Shown here in pieces: positions 10,687-20,409 of a stretch of DNA of 61,828 bases. Origin of the DNA: Polaromonas sp. GTDB taxonomy: Bacteria > Pseudomonadota > Gammaproteobacteria > Burkholderiales > Burkholderiaceae_C. Below the pieces are notes generated by a model that saw nothing but the letters and a program-made list of their open reading frames with translations, was not told the DNA's origin and searched no databases. Positions within the stretch are counted from its first letter, which is position 1. Each line of letters begins with the position of its first letter. A program made the translations under genes and the position numbers. The stretch covers positions 1-61,828 of the forward strand of contig JANMTB010000106.1 in assembly GCA_031390045.1 (NCBI GenBank). The letters run 5' to 3'.

Positions 10687-11403
10687 ATGAACGACATCAG
10701 CTCATCTTTTTCAACCGCATTCGCACTCGTCACATCGCTAGACGGCAAGCTGTGGGAGATTGTCGCTCGCTCGCTGTGGGTGAGTGGGGTGGCAACATTG
10801 TTGGCAAGCGGTATCGGGGTTTTGTTAGGTGCCTGGCTGGCGGTGGCGCGATTTTCAGGGCGCGGGGTGGTTTTGGCGCTGCTGAACACGATGCTGGCTA
10901 TTCCGTCTGTCGTCGTCGGTTTGCTGGTCTATTTGATGCTGTCGCGCTCTGGGCCGTTGGGGAGCTTGGGTTGGTTGTTCAGTGTCAAGGCGATGGTTGT
11001 GGCGCAGACGCTGTTGATTTTGCCAATAGTTGTGGCATTGACTCGGCAGTTGATCGAGGATGCAGATGTGCTGCATGGTGAGCAATTGCAGTCGCTCGGA
11101 GCGGGCAGTTTCATGCGGGCCGTGCTGCATGTCTGGGATGAGCGTTTTGCTGTGCTGATGGTGCTTTTGGCAGCGTTTGGCCGGGCGATTGCCGAAGTGG
11201 GCGCTGTGATGGTGGTGGGAGGCAATATCGAGGGATTCACGCGGGTGATGACAACGGCTATTGCACTGGAAACGAGCAAGGGCGACTTGCCACTGGCGCT
11301 GGGGTTGGGTTTGGTGCTCCTAGCGGTGGTGCTGCTCATCAATGCTGTAGTGGCACTGGTGCGACGTGGCGTTACGCTGAATAGCCAAGGAGCCCGCGCA
11401 TGA
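10687..11403 (+). CDS. ABC transporter permease, TupB-like (tungstate/anion family)
   Basis: C-terminal pattern VGGNIEGFTRVMTTAIALETSKGDL resembles TupB permeases. ATG at 10687 preferred over the TTG at 10678. Substrate not established. Confidence 0.7.
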   Translation: MNDISSSFSTAFALVTSLDGKLWEIVARSLWVSGVATLLASGIGVLLGAWLAVARFSGRGVVLALLNTMLAIPSVVVGLLVYLMLSRSGPLGSLGWLFSVKAMVVAQTLLILPIVVALTRQLIEDADVLHGEQLQSLGAGSFMRAVLHVWDERFAVLMVLLAAFGRAIAEVGAVMVVGGNIEGFTRVMTTAIALETSKGDLPLALGLGLVLLAVVLLINAVVALVRRGVTLNSQGARA

Positions 11404-12116
11404 CAACTTTGTTTGATTTGCAGCAGGTCACGGTGCGTTATGGGCAAGTACATGCGCTGCAGGGCCTAGATTTGCAGATTTTGCAAGGGCAGCGCTTGGC
11501 GCTGATTGGTGCTAACGGTAGCGGCAAAAGCTCCCTGTTGAGGGTGTTGAATGGCTTGGTTTCTAAGGAATTGGCCGGTCAAATCACTGTACAAAAAGGC
11601 GTTCGACAAGCCATGTTGTTTCAGCGCCCGCATATGCTACGCATGACCGTGCAGAGCAATGTGGCGATGGGTTTGTGGCTCAAAGGCGTATCGTGGGCGG
11701 TTGCTAAAACGCGTGCTTTGGAGGCGCTTGAGTGCGTTGGATTACAGGGCGAGGCAGCACGACCGGCAAAAGCGCTGTCTATGGGGCAACAGCAGCGTGT
11801 GGCGTTTGCGCGAGCGCTAGCGCAGCAACCCAATGTGTTGCTGTTAGACGAGCCAACCGCGAGTATGGATCCGCATGCTAAACGCGAAGTCGAGTCGCTG
11901 ATGCACACGTTTGCAGGTTCACAAAACGAAGAAGCGATGACGCTGATTTTTGCTAGCCACAATCTTGGCCAAGTCAAGCGCTTAGCGACGCATGTGGCGT
12001 ATTTGGAGCACGGCAAGCTGTTGGCATATCTGCCGGTCGATGATTTTTTTGAGACGGAAAAGCTGCGTTTAATATCACCTGCAGCAGATGCATTTTTAAA
12101 AGGTGAAACGAATTAG
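11400..12116 (+). CDS. ABC transporter ATP-binding protein
   Basis: Walker A GANGSGKSS, signature LSMGQQQRVAFARAL, Walker B LLLDEPT. Its start overlaps the permease stop by 4 nt. Confidence 0.88.
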   Translation: MTTLFDLQQVTVRYGQVHALQGLDLQILQGQRLALIGANGSGKSSLLRVLNGLVSKELAGQITVQKGVRQAMLFQRPHMLRMTVQSNVAMGLWLKGVSWAVAKTRALEALECVGLQGEAARPAKALSMGQQQRVAFARALAQQPNVLLLDEPTASMDPHAKREVESLMHTFAGSQNEEAMTLIFASHNLGQVKRLATHVAYLEHGKLLAYLPVDDFFETEKLRLISPAADAFLKGETN

Positions 12117-13234
12117 TTCAGAAACTTCTTAGCTTTATTGGTGACTAGTTTTCTGTACAGGGTGGCGCGGCTGATGCCTAAATCTCGTGCGGCTTGGGCG
12201 ATGTTGCCACGGGCTTTATCAACCGCTTGTTTGATCAAATCTGCTTCTATGTCTCGCAAAGCATGCCCTGAACGTGCGGAATCTGTCCGAATATGCAGTT
12301 GTGCGCGTTCGTTTTCAGGACGAAGTGCCAGGGCAATCAAACGCAATCCTGACCACAAAGGCACTTCTACAACAACGTGCGCTCGGCGCGAGGTGTCAAA
12401 CAGCATCGTGAACGGCATGGCAAACAAATCGCTGGCATGCAAGTTGAAGCTGCTCAGCTGCGACAACTGAGGCAGCATCAGCCGTGCCGTTTGATTCGCA
12501 CCAAGAATACTACCATCGTTATCTAGTGCGATCAAGCCATCGGTGTCTTCACCTAGCGGCTGACCCGGCCAGTTGACACGTAGTAGCAAATTATGCGGTT
12601 GTTGCAGTAGCAGCGCATTTTCAATAGTACGCGCCGTCAAACTGGTAAGGTGTTTCAATTCTGGGCGTTCTGGCACCATGATGCCTGTGAGGTCAAGCAT
12701 GCCAATGCACTGACCACGTGATCCAAAAAGGGGCGAACCAGCGCAGCTAAAAGATGTGTTGTCATTGAAAAAGTGCTCGCCACGATGTAACCAAACAGGT
12801 TGCAGCTCAGCCAAGACAGCGCCAATAGCTGTGGTCCCGACTGCTTTTTCAGACAAATCTACACCGATGCGGCTGATCAAACGCGCACGCTTGTCAGCTT
12901 GGTCAATCGGGCCATTGGAATCGATGACAATGCCTTGCGCATTGGTCAAAATAGCGAAATATTGGGTGCCAGCAATAGCGCGACCTAGCTTGTCCATCAG
13001 GGGTTTGGCGGCTTGCACCAGCTCATGGTTGGCGACATCAACACGGCGTAAATCTTGGCTACTGATTTGAGCAAATTCAACCGCTGTTTGCGGCTGGTAG
13101 CCGCTGGACAAACAACGTTTCCAGGAACGCTCAATCCAACCATCAAGGTAGCCAGCGTAAGAAGCACCGTCACTTTCCAAAATGGAGCGACGTGCAACGG
13201 CAATGTTATTCAATCTCGCATCGACAGGTGTCAT
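12113..13234 (-). CDS. GAF-domain transcriptional regulator with a C-terminal Fis-type HTH (AcoR-like but without the AAA+ module)
   Basis: 373 aa. AcoR-like N-terminus (ERSWKRCL), a central GAF-like region and a C-terminal HTH (GNIAQAARDLGISRATLYRKL). No Walker A or GAFTGA. Confidence 0.72.
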   Translation of the reverse strand: MTPVDARLNNIAVARRSILESDGASYAGYLDGWIERSWKRCLSSGYQPQTAVEFAQISSQDLRRVDVANHELVQAAKPLMDKLGRAIAGTQYFAILTNAQGIVIDSNGPIDQADKRARLISRIGVDLSEKAVGTTAIGAVLAELQPVWLHRGEHFFNDNTSFSCAGSPLFGSRGQCIGMLDLTGIMVPERPELKHLTSLTARTIENALLLQQPHNLLLRVNWPGQPLGEDTDGLIALDNDGSILGANQTARLMLPQLSQLSSFNLHASDLFAMPFTMLFDTSRRAHVVVEVPLWSGLRLIALALRPENERAQLHIRTDSARSGHALRDIEADLIKQAVDKARGNIAQAARDLGISRATLYRKLVTNKAKKFLN

Positions 13235-13292
13235 TTTGACCTCTTTTTGTCTAGTTGCTGATGTCTCGTCAGCCTTGCTTATTGTCTCAAGC

Positions 13293-13688
13293 TCAATTTA
13301 TAACATACGCAGCTGACTTCATGCCAACGATCGTTAAGGCTATAGAACCAACCAAATGCAAACCAGCAGTCAGCAAGGCCAGGGCATAGCGGCCTTGATT
13401 CAGCATAACGACAACTTCCGCTGAAAAACTAGAAAAAGTAGTGAGTGCGCCTAAAAAACCAGTGACCAAGGCCAAGCGCCACACAGGGTCTAGGTTAGGC
13501 ATAGCCTGAAAAACCGCAATGCTTACGCCAACTAGATAGCCACCGATCAAATTAGCCACTAGTGTGCCCCAAGGCATGGTTAAGTCTACAGCGGGACTTA
13601 CCGTGCTGGGATTAAGCCAAATTCCTAGTTGCCAGCGGGCGAGGGCACCGGTGCTGGCGCCTATACAGATGGCGATGATGATAAGCAT
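13293..13688 (-). CDS. crcB: fluoride ion channel CrcB/FluC
   Basis: 131 aa with four TM segments and CrcB-like motifs (GALARW, GFLGALTTFSSF). Confidence 0.85.
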   Translation of the reverse strand: MLIIIAICIGASTGALARWQLGIWLNPSTVSPAVDLTMPWGTLVANLIGGYLVGVSIAVFQAMPNLDPVWRLALVTGFLGALTTFSSFSAEVVVMLNQGRYALALLTAGLHLVGSIALTIVGMKSAAYVIN

Positions 13689-13723
13689 GGGGTTGAAGTA
13701 TAACGGGCAATGTTTCGGGCAAC

Positions 13724-13748
13724 AAAAAACCCGCCGAGGCGGGTTTTT
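13724..13748 (-). terminator. rho-independent terminator after the ComEA-like gene
   Basis: AAAAAACCCGCC-GA-GGCGGGTTTTT: a GC stem flanked by A and T runs, 19 nt past the stop at 13767. Confidence 0.7.
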
Positions 13749-13766
13749 AACGTATGCAGGTAAGAA

Positions 13767-14462
13767 TTATTTCTTAGCAGCAGGCTCTGCAGCTGCAGCT
13801 GGTTTTGCATCGGCAGCTTTTGCTGCGGCTGGTTTAGCATCAGCAGCTTTTGCGTCTTTAGCAGCAGGCTTGTCCTTAGCGGCTTTTGCGTCAGCTTTAG
13901 CTTTAGCGTCAGCTTCTTTTTTAGTTTTTGCTTCGTCAGCTTTTGCTTTTTTAGCATCGGCTTTAGCTTTGGCTTCAGCATCTTTCTTAGCTTTTGCTTC
14001 TACTTTTGGATCAGCTTTTGCTTCAGGTTTCGCTTCAGCTTTTTTGTCTGTAGCGGCAGCTGCGGCAGGAGCAGCAGCAGCAGCCGGCTTGGCATCGGCC
14101 TTTTTCTCGACAGCTGCAGCAACTGGTTTGGCATCTTTAGCGTCTTTTGCAGCTGCTGGCTTTTCAGCAGCTTTTGCAGGTGCGGCTGCTACGCCTTTGA
14201 AGCTTGCTCCGCCAACGGTTAGGCCTTCAGCAGAAAATTTGGCTGCATTGGCTTCGCCGACACCGTTAACGCGTGTGACCAAATCATTCCAGTCTTTAAA
14301 GTTGCCACCTTTTTTCTTTTCGTCCAAAATTTTGGCAGAAATCGCGGGGCCGATACCTTTGATACCGTCTAGTTCGGCAGCAGTGGCTTTGTTCACGTCA
14401 ACTGCAGCGAAAGAAACAGCTGCATACATCATGACCATCGCGGCCAGAATTTTTTTCAACAT
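13767..14462 (-). CDS. ComEA-type helix-hairpin-helix protein with a long Ala/Lys/Asp/Pro-rich C-terminal tail
   Basis: Signal peptide, then HhH motifs (VDVNKATAAELDGIKGIGPAISAKIL; VNGVGEANAAKF), then about 140 aa of AKP/AKD low-complexity sequence. Confidence 0.75.
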   Translation of the reverse strand: MLKKILAAMVMMYAAVSFAAVDVNKATAAELDGIKGIGPAISAKILDEKKKGGNFKDWNDLVTRVNGVGEANAAKFSAEGLTVGGASFKGVAAAPAKAAEKPAAAKDAKDAKPVAAAVEKKADAKPAAAAAPAAAAATDKKAEAKPEAKADPKVEAKAKKDAEAKAKADAKKAKADEAKTKKEADAKAKADAKAAKDKPAAKDAKAADAKPAAAKAADAKPAAAAEPAAKK

Positions 14463-14671
14463 ATCAAGACTCCTAGTTATAAAAGTAAGGTTAAAGGGAA
14501 ACTAACAAAAAAACACACAGAGCTAAAAGCCAACCAGTTAACTTTTAACGTATTTGGCTGGGCTGGACTATAACGGTACTTTCTTCTGTTCAGTTGACTA
14601 AAACTGAAAAAAGGGCAAAAACCATACGTTTTATATGTATTTGTGCCAATTAGCACACATTTAGCTGCTAA

Positions 14672-15694
14672 TTATGGTCGATTTCTCGCTAATTCTTGGA
14701 TGTAGGATGCAACGCCTTGTCCAACATCTACAAAAACATGGTCGCATCCAGCTGCCCGAAGTGCCGTTAAATCAGCTTGGGTATGGCATTGGTATTTACC
14801 GACCAAGGCATCGGGAAATGGTATGTATTGAATCAACCTTTGAGCCACCATGTCGGTTAAAGACAGTACGGGTTTGCCTGATTGTTGGTGCATTGTGTTG
14901 ACAACCGACTGCGCAATATCGTTGAACGGTTGCGCGCGACCAGTTCCCAAATTGAACAAACCCGATTTACCTGGGTTGTCAAAAAACCATAAATTCACAG
15001 CTACCACATCATCAATATAGACAAAATCGCGTTGTTGCATGCCGGGAGCATAGCCGCCGTATTCACCAAACAGTTTCACATCACCATGTTCTTTGAATTG
15101 GTTGAATTGATGAAACGCAACGCTGGCCATGCGACCTTTGTGCTGCTCACGGTTGCCGTAAACATTGAAGTAGCGAAAGCCAACGACTTGACTCGTCGCG
15201 TTTTCAAACTTGGGACCTATTAAATAACGCAAACGCTGATCAAACAATAATTTGGAATAGCCGTAAACATTGAGTGGGCGTTCGCAGGTGGGTGATTCAA
15301 TAAACGTGTCGCTTCCGCCGTATGTGGCTGCCGAAGACGCATATAGCAGCCGCGTGCCTTGCGCTTGGCTGGCCGTAAACAAATCACAGGACAAACGGTA
15401 GTTGTTATGCATCATGTACTGGCCGTTTTGCTCCATGGTGTCACTACAAGCGCCTTCATGAAACACCGCTTCAATTTTGCCGTAGCCCTTAGCCGCAAAT
15501 TTTTCGTAGAAAACGCTGACATCAACGTAGTCAGCGATCTTGAGATCAACCAAATTTTGAAACTTGTCACCTTGCGTTAAATCGTCAACTGCAATGATGT
15601 TGCTGATGCCGCGCTCGTTCAAACCTTTGATGATGTTGGCACCAATGAAACCGGCAGCGCCGGTCACAACGACGGTGTTTGCTTGAGAGTTCAT
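14672..15694 (-). CDS. hldD: ADP-glyceromanno-heptose 6-epimerase
   Basis: 340 aa. Rossmann motif [11 protein letters not shown] and overall RfaD-like sequence. Translationally coupled to the heptose kinase upstream. Confidence 0.9.
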   Translation of the reverse strand: MNSQANTVVVTGAAGFIGANIIKGLNERGISNIIAVDDLTQGDKFQNLVDLKIADYVDVSVFYEKFAAKGYGKIEAVFHEGACSDTMEQNGQYMMHNNYRLSCDLFTASQAQGTRLLYASSAATYGGSDTFIESPTCERPLNVYGYSKLLFDQRLRYLIGPKFENATSQVVGFRYFNVYGNREQHKGRMASVAFHQFNQFKEHGDVKLFGEYGGYAPGMQQRDFVYIDDVVAVNLWFFDNPGKSGLFNLGTGRAQPFNDIAQSVVNTMHQQSGKPVLSLTDMVAQRLIQYIPFPDALVGKYQCHTQADLTALRAAGCDHVFVDVGQGVASYIQELARNRP

Positions 15695-16650
15695 TCAAAT
15701 AGCTCCTTAAATGACACCGTTGCCGTGCCAAATTTACCCACCACAATGCCGCCTGCTTTGTTTGCATAGGGCATAGCTTCGCGTAAGGGCAAACCAGCAG
15801 CCAGCAGAGTGGCAAGGGTGGCGATGACGGTATCGCCAGCGCCTGTCACATCAAACACTTCCAAGGCGAGCGTTGGCACATGCAAAGCACCTTGCGCATC
15901 AAACAAAGACATGCCTTCTTCGCTGCGCGTAACTAAAATGGCGTCAAGTTTTAGCTGTGTGCGTAAATTTTGCGCTTTGATCCCAAGCTCGGCATCGTCT
16001 TTCCAAGCGCCTACCGCTGCTTGCATTTCGTTTTTGTTGGGTGTGATAACGGTTGCGCCAGCGTAGCGCACGTAATCTGATCCTTTGGGGTCTACCAGCA
16101 CAGTTTTACCAGCGCTGCGTGCTAATGCGATCATGTCAACCACGTGCGCTAAGCTGCCTTTGGCGTAATCGGAAAACAACACGACTTCATGGGTCACTAG
16201 ATGTTTTGCAAACTCTGATGTTTGTGAAGCCAGCACTTCAAGTTTGGGTGTATTTTCGAAATCAACACGCAAGAGTTGTTGCTGCCTGCCGATGACACGT
16301 AATTTGACGGTGGTTTTTAAGTCCGCGTCACGCCCAAAGTAGGGCTTGATGCCAGTTGTAGCAACCAAGGCTTCAAGTTTATGGCTGGCTTCATCATGGC
16401 CTACAACAGTGAGCAAGGAAGCTTGCGCACCCATGGTAACGACGTTGTAGGCGACGTTGGCAGCTGCGCCAATCCGGTCTTCTTCACGTGTCACACGCAC
16501 AACGGGCACGGGTGCTTCTGGTGAGATGCGGTCTACGGTGCCATACCAATAGCGATCAAGCATGGCATCGCCTACAACCAACACTTTGGCTTTGGCAATT
16601 GCTTCTTTTGAGATGGACTTAAAAATGATCTGAGGAAGGGGCATGTTCAA
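15691..16650 (-). CDS. hldA: D-glycero-beta-D-manno-heptose-7-phosphate kinase (RfaE domain I)
   Basis: 319 aa. PfkB-family sugar kinase ([22 protein letters not shown]). Confidence 0.85.
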   Translation of the reverse strand: MNMPLPQIIFKSISKEAIAKAKVLVVGDAMLDRYWYGTVDRISPEAPVPVVRVTREEDRIGAAANVAYNVVTMGAQASLLTVVGHDEASHKLEALVATTGIKPYFGRDADLKTTVKLRVIGRQQQLLRVDFENTPKLEVLASQTSEFAKHLVTHEVVLFSDYAKGSLAHVVDMIALARSAGKTVLVDPKGSDYVRYAGATVITPNKNEMQAAVGAWKDDAELGIKAQNLRTQLKLDAILVTRSEEGMSLFDAQGALHVPTLALEVFDVTGAGDTVIATLATLLAAGLPLREAMPYANKAGGIVVGKFGTATVSFKELFE

Positions 16651-16661
16651 ATATAGAGGTT

Positions 16662-17816
16662 TTATAGTTCTTCAATGCGCTTGCCGGGGTAACTGTCCCA
16701 CGTCTGGCAACCAGGGCAATTCCAATAATGTTGCACAGCATCAAAACCACATGCTGCACAGCGATAGCGACGTAAGGGGGTCACCGCATGGTCAAGTGCA
16801 CGCTGGACTTGTGGGTGAAATTGTTCGTGCTCAAGCTTTTCACCAGAAATCCATTGTGCTGCGGCAATCAATGAAGGTTCGTTTTCCAAATGCTTGACAT
16901 ACCAATCACGCGCAGAGTTGCCTGATGGTGAGAGTGCATCAAGCTGTACTATCGCATCCAGTACATCTAATGATGGATTTTTTTTGTAGCTGGTTTGCAG
17001 CAACACCAATGCTTGCTCGTTGCGTTGGCACTCGCTGGCTAATGAGCTGAATTGCTTTGCTATAAGTGGAATAATCAAACTGTCTTGTACGATCAAAGCA
17101 CTGAGTATTTCATAGGCCGATTTTGCATCGCCCATACGGTGCATAACGTTGGCTAAATCGATGTGTGGACGTGGTGCATGGGGCGCAACGGCGATGGCTT
17201 GGTCTAACAATGCTTTTGCCCGACCGAGTTCACCTAGTTTGGCTTTGACAGAGGCTTGTTCGCACAAATAATGGGCTTGACGGCTACTGAAACTGCCGTG
17301 TCCGGCGGTTTGCAATTTTTCTGCAATTTCAGAAGCGTGCTCCCAATCACGTGAGCGTTCGTAAATAGAGAGTAAGGATAACAATGACTGCGCCTCATAC
17401 GGCGTATTGTCTAACTTGCGCAAGGCATCTTCTGCGCGATCAAGCAATCCGGCTTTTAAAAAATCTAAGGCTAAGGCATGCTGCGCACGCTCACTTTCGG
17501 CTTGGCTTAAATCACCACGAGACAGCAGATGCTCATGCACGCGCACAGCACGGTCGTATTCGCCACGCCGGCGAAACAAATTACCGAGTGCAAAATGAAG
17601 CTCAGAAGTATCAGGGTCGCTTTGGACGGCCTCAACAAAAGCATCAATGGCTTTGTCTTGTTGCTCGTTTAATAAAAAATTCAGACCTTTGAAATACGCT
17701 TTGGGTGCTTGTCGGTTTTCCATGCGTAGCTGGCGTAAATCGAAGCTCGACGCCATCCAACCCAATACGAAGGCCAATGGCAAACCTAACAAAATCCAAC
17801 TCAAATCAAAATTCAT
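16662..17816 (-). CDS. lapB: lipopolysaccharide assembly protein LapB (YciM)
   Basis: N-terminal TM segment, TPR repeats and a C-terminal rubredoxin-like CxxC..CPGC motif (CAACGF...NCPGCQTW). Confidence 0.85.
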   Translation of the reverse strand: MNFDLSWILLGLPLAFVLGWMASSFDLRQLRMENRQAPKAYFKGLNFLLNEQQDKAIDAFVEAVQSDPDTSELHFALGNLFRRRGEYDRAVRVHEHLLSRGDLSQAESERAQHALALDFLKAGLLDRAEDALRKLDNTPYEAQSLLSLLSIYERSRDWEHASEIAEKLQTAGHGSFSSRQAHYLCEQASVKAKLGELGRAKALLDQAIAVAPHAPRPHIDLANVMHRMGDAKSAYEILSALIVQDSLIIPLIAKQFSSLASECQRNEQALVLLQTSYKKNPSLDVLDAIVQLDALSPSGNSARDWYVKHLENEPSLIAAAQWISGEKLEHEQFHPQVQRALDHAVTPLRRYRCAACGFDAVQHYWNCPGCQTWDSYPGKRIEEL

Positions 17817-17844
17817 AGGGCTTAAAAAATTTTAGACAACAGTT

Positions 17845-18102
17845 TCAGAGTATTGTGTTCGCTTTTTTAGACTTCATCGCAACGCGTCTGTGCAGCCACC
17901 AACGTGGCACCATACCGAGAATGCCGACCATCAGCCCACAAGCGAAAACAGCCAAAACTACAATAACCAGCGATGTTTTCCACATGGTGCCAAAGAAGAA
18001 GTAAACGGTTATTTCTTGTTGGTTATTGAGTGCAAACGCAAATAGCGTAAAAAAAATGGCTGCTTTAAGTACCCACTTAAGCAACCACGTCAGTTTGTTC
18101 AT
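17845..18102 (-). CDS. lapA: LapA-family inner membrane protein (DUF1049)
   Basis: 85 aa with two TM helices, directly upstream of lapB. Confidence 0.7.
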   Translation of the reverse strand: MNKLTWLLKWVLKAAIFFTLFAFALNNQQEITVYFFFGTMWKTSLVIVVLAVFACGLMVGILGMVPRWWLHRRVAMKSKKANTIL

Positions 18103-18157
18103 GTGATGTTGTTAAATTCAAATGTTCAAAATTTAAAAATCATTAAAGTGACAAGTA

Positions 18158-18451
18158 TCAAGCTTTTTTAGTCAATGCATCAACAGATTCACGTAAAGCT
18201 TTACCTGTTTTGAAATGTGGCACACGTTTCTCAGGAATAGCAACGCTTTCGCCTGAGCGTGGGTTGCGACCAATGCGCGGTGCACGGTAGCTGACCGAGA
18301 AACTGCCAAAACCACGAATTTCAATGCGGTGGCCACGTACAAGGGCGTTGCTCATGGCATCAACCAATGCCTTAACGGCAGACTCAGCGTCTCTGTGGGT
18401 TAACTGGTCGAAACGGGCTGCTAACTCTTCTACCAAATCAGAACGTGTCAT
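18158..18451 (-). CDS. ihfB: integration host factor subunit beta
   Basis: 97 aa. [11 protein letters not shown]..., [20 protein letters not shown]. Confidence 0.92.
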   Translation of the reverse strand: MTRSDLVEELAARFDQLTHRDAESAVKALVDAMSNALVRGHRIEIRGFGSFSVSYRAPRIGRNPRSGESVAIPEKRVPHFKTGKALRESVDALTKKA

Positions 18452-18572
18452 GTCGCTCTACACCAAAGTTTTAGCTTGCACAATAAATAACGCCACACTT
18501 GTTGGGAATATTTTCAATTGAAAAAATCTTCCTATCAGGTGTGACGTCTTCAATTAATCAAAAATTGATTAA

Positions 18573-20264
18573 TTATTCTTTATCACCGCCGTTGTCCAAC
18601 TTAGCGCGCAGCAATGCACCCAAGCTGGTCGTACCGGCGTTTTCACGCGCTGACGACTGGCTCAGTGCTGCCATGGCTTCGCCTTGGTCAGCAGCATCTT
18701 TGGCCTTGATAGACAACTGGATGTTACGTGTTTTGCGGTCAATGTTGACCACAACAGCTGTAACTTCGTCGCCTTCTTTGAGCACGTTGCGTGCGTCTTC
18801 AACGCGGTCGCGGCTGATTTCTGAAGCGCGCAAGTAGCCCAATATGTCTTCGCCGAGGTCGATTTCAGCGCCCTTAGCGTCAACCGTCTTGACCTTACCT
18901 GTAACCACTTGGCCTTTGTCGTTGATAGACGCAAAGGTGGTGAACGGGTCAGAGTCGAGTTGCTTGATACCCAAAGAGATACGCTCGCGGTCGACATCAA
19001 TCGCCAAGACCAACGCTTCAACTTCTTGGCCCTTTTTGTAGTTGCGCACTGCTGCTTCGCCAGTTTCGTTCCATGACAGATCGGAGAGGTGAACCAAACC
19101 GTCGATGCCAGCTGCCAAACCAACGAATACACCAAAGTCTGTGATGGATTTGATCGGACCTTTGACGCGGTCGCCACGCTTGGTGTTTTGCGCGAAATCT
19201 TGCCATGGGTTGGCTTTGCATTGCTTCATGCCCAAAGAAATACGGCGTTTGTCTTCGTCGATTTCCAAAACCATGACTTCAACTTCGTCACCCAAGGTCA
19301 CGAGCTTAGAAGGAGCGATGTTTTTGTTGGTCCAGTCCATTTCAGAAACGTGCACCAAACCTTCGATGCCTGGCTCGAGTTCCACAAATGCGCCGTAGTC
19401 AGCGATATTGGTGATCTTACCGAACAAGCGTGTGTCTTGTGGGTAGCGACGGTTAACGCCCATCCAAGGATCATCACCCATTTGCTTGAGACCCAAGGAA
19501 ACGCGGTTTTTCTCAGTATCAAACTTGAGAATTTTGGCGGTGATTTCTTGACCCGCAGTGACCACTTCTGATGGGTGGCGAACACGGCGCCATGCCATGT
19601 CGGTGATGTGCAACAAGCCATCAATGCCGCCCAAGTCAACGAATGCACCGTATTCAGTGATGTTTTTAACCACGCCGTGAACAACTGCGCCTTCTTTCAA
19701 TGTCTCCATCATCTTGGCGCGCTCTGCACCTTGAGAGACTTCCAACACTGCGCGGTGGCTCAGCACCACGTTGTTACGCTTACGATCAAGCTTGATAACT
19801 TTGAATTGCAAAGTCTTGTTTTCGTAGGGGGACAAGTCTTTGATAGGACGCGCTTCGATGAGCGAGCCTGGCAAGAAAGCGCGGATGCCATTGACCAAAA
19901 CGGTCAAGCCACCTTTGACTTTGCCAGAGGTAACGCCAGTGACGAACTCGCCAGATTCGAGCGATTTCTCTAAGCTCATCCATGACGCAAGGCGCTTGGC
20001 TGTGTCGCGGCTGACGATAGTGTCGCCGTAACCGTTTTCCATTTGAACAATGGCAACTGACACGAATTCGCCAACTTGGCATTCGATGTCACCATTGTCG
20101 CTTTTGAATTCTGATAGGGGAACGTAGGCTTCTGATTTCAGGCCTGCGTTAACAACAACGAAGCTGTGCTCAATACGAATCACTTCAGCGGTGACGACTT
20201 CACCAATGCGTGTTTCGGAGCTTTTCTGGGATTCTTCAAATAGGTCTGCAAAAGATTCTGACAT
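18573..20264 (-). CDS. rpsA: 30S ribosomal protein S1
   Basis: 563 aa with six S1 repeats (GLVHxSE/D pattern). Confidence 0.96.
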   Translation of the reverse strand: MSESFADLFEESQKSSETRIGEVVTAEVIRIEHSFVVVNAGLKSEAYVPLSEFKSDNGDIECQVGEFVSVAIVQMENGYGDTIVSRDTAKRLASWMSLEKSLESGEFVTGVTSGKVKGGLTVLVNGIRAFLPGSLIEARPIKDLSPYENKTLQFKVIKLDRKRNNVVLSHRAVLEVSQGAERAKMMETLKEGAVVHGVVKNITEYGAFVDLGGIDGLLHITDMAWRRVRHPSEVVTAGQEITAKILKFDTEKNRVSLGLKQMGDDPWMGVNRRYPQDTRLFGKITNIADYGAFVELEPGIEGLVHVSEMDWTNKNIAPSKLVTLGDEVEVMVLEIDEDKRRISLGMKQCKANPWQDFAQNTKRGDRVKGPIKSITDFGVFVGLAAGIDGLVHLSDLSWNETGEAAVRNYKKGQEVEALVLAIDVDRERISLGIKQLDSDPFTTFASINDKGQVVTGKVKTVDAKGAEIDLGEDILGYLRASEISRDRVEDARNVLKEGDEVTAVVVNIDRKTRNIQLSIKAKDAADQGEAMAALSQSSARENAGTTSLGALLRAKLDNGGDKE

Positions 20265-20409
20265 GTATTTTCCTATGCCATCTAAAGTATTATGTACAGC
20301 AGCACAATTGCTCCTGTTTCTATAGCTAAAGACGGATATTTTCTGCCGGTTAGGGCGGGTTAAGTTTATAAAATGCCATTAAACCATGCACTTGTCGTGC
20401 GAGGGGAGT

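Noticed and set aside
13689-13766. Possible fluoride riboswitch upstream of crcB.
   Set aside because: The 78-nt leader contains only the upstream gene's terminator hairpin. I could not see the conserved crcB-motif pseudoknot elements. An Rfam scan (RF01734) would settle it.
13564-14505. 313-aa plus-strand ORF overlapping crcB and the ComEA-like gene.
   Set aside because: It is the antisense reading of the Ala/Lys repeat (an A/F/S/L-rich string). The minus strand gives a signal peptide and clear HhH motifs, so the minus-strand gene is preferred.
18467-18510. Possible further degenerate repeat copies in the ihfB-rpsA intergenic region (..TTAGCTTGCACAATAAATAACGCCACAC..) and in the rpsA leader (20285..20335).
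   Set aside because: Only the AATAAATA(A)CGCC core matches. The GCTAT-N7-ATAGC dyad is absent. This is too weak to call by eye.
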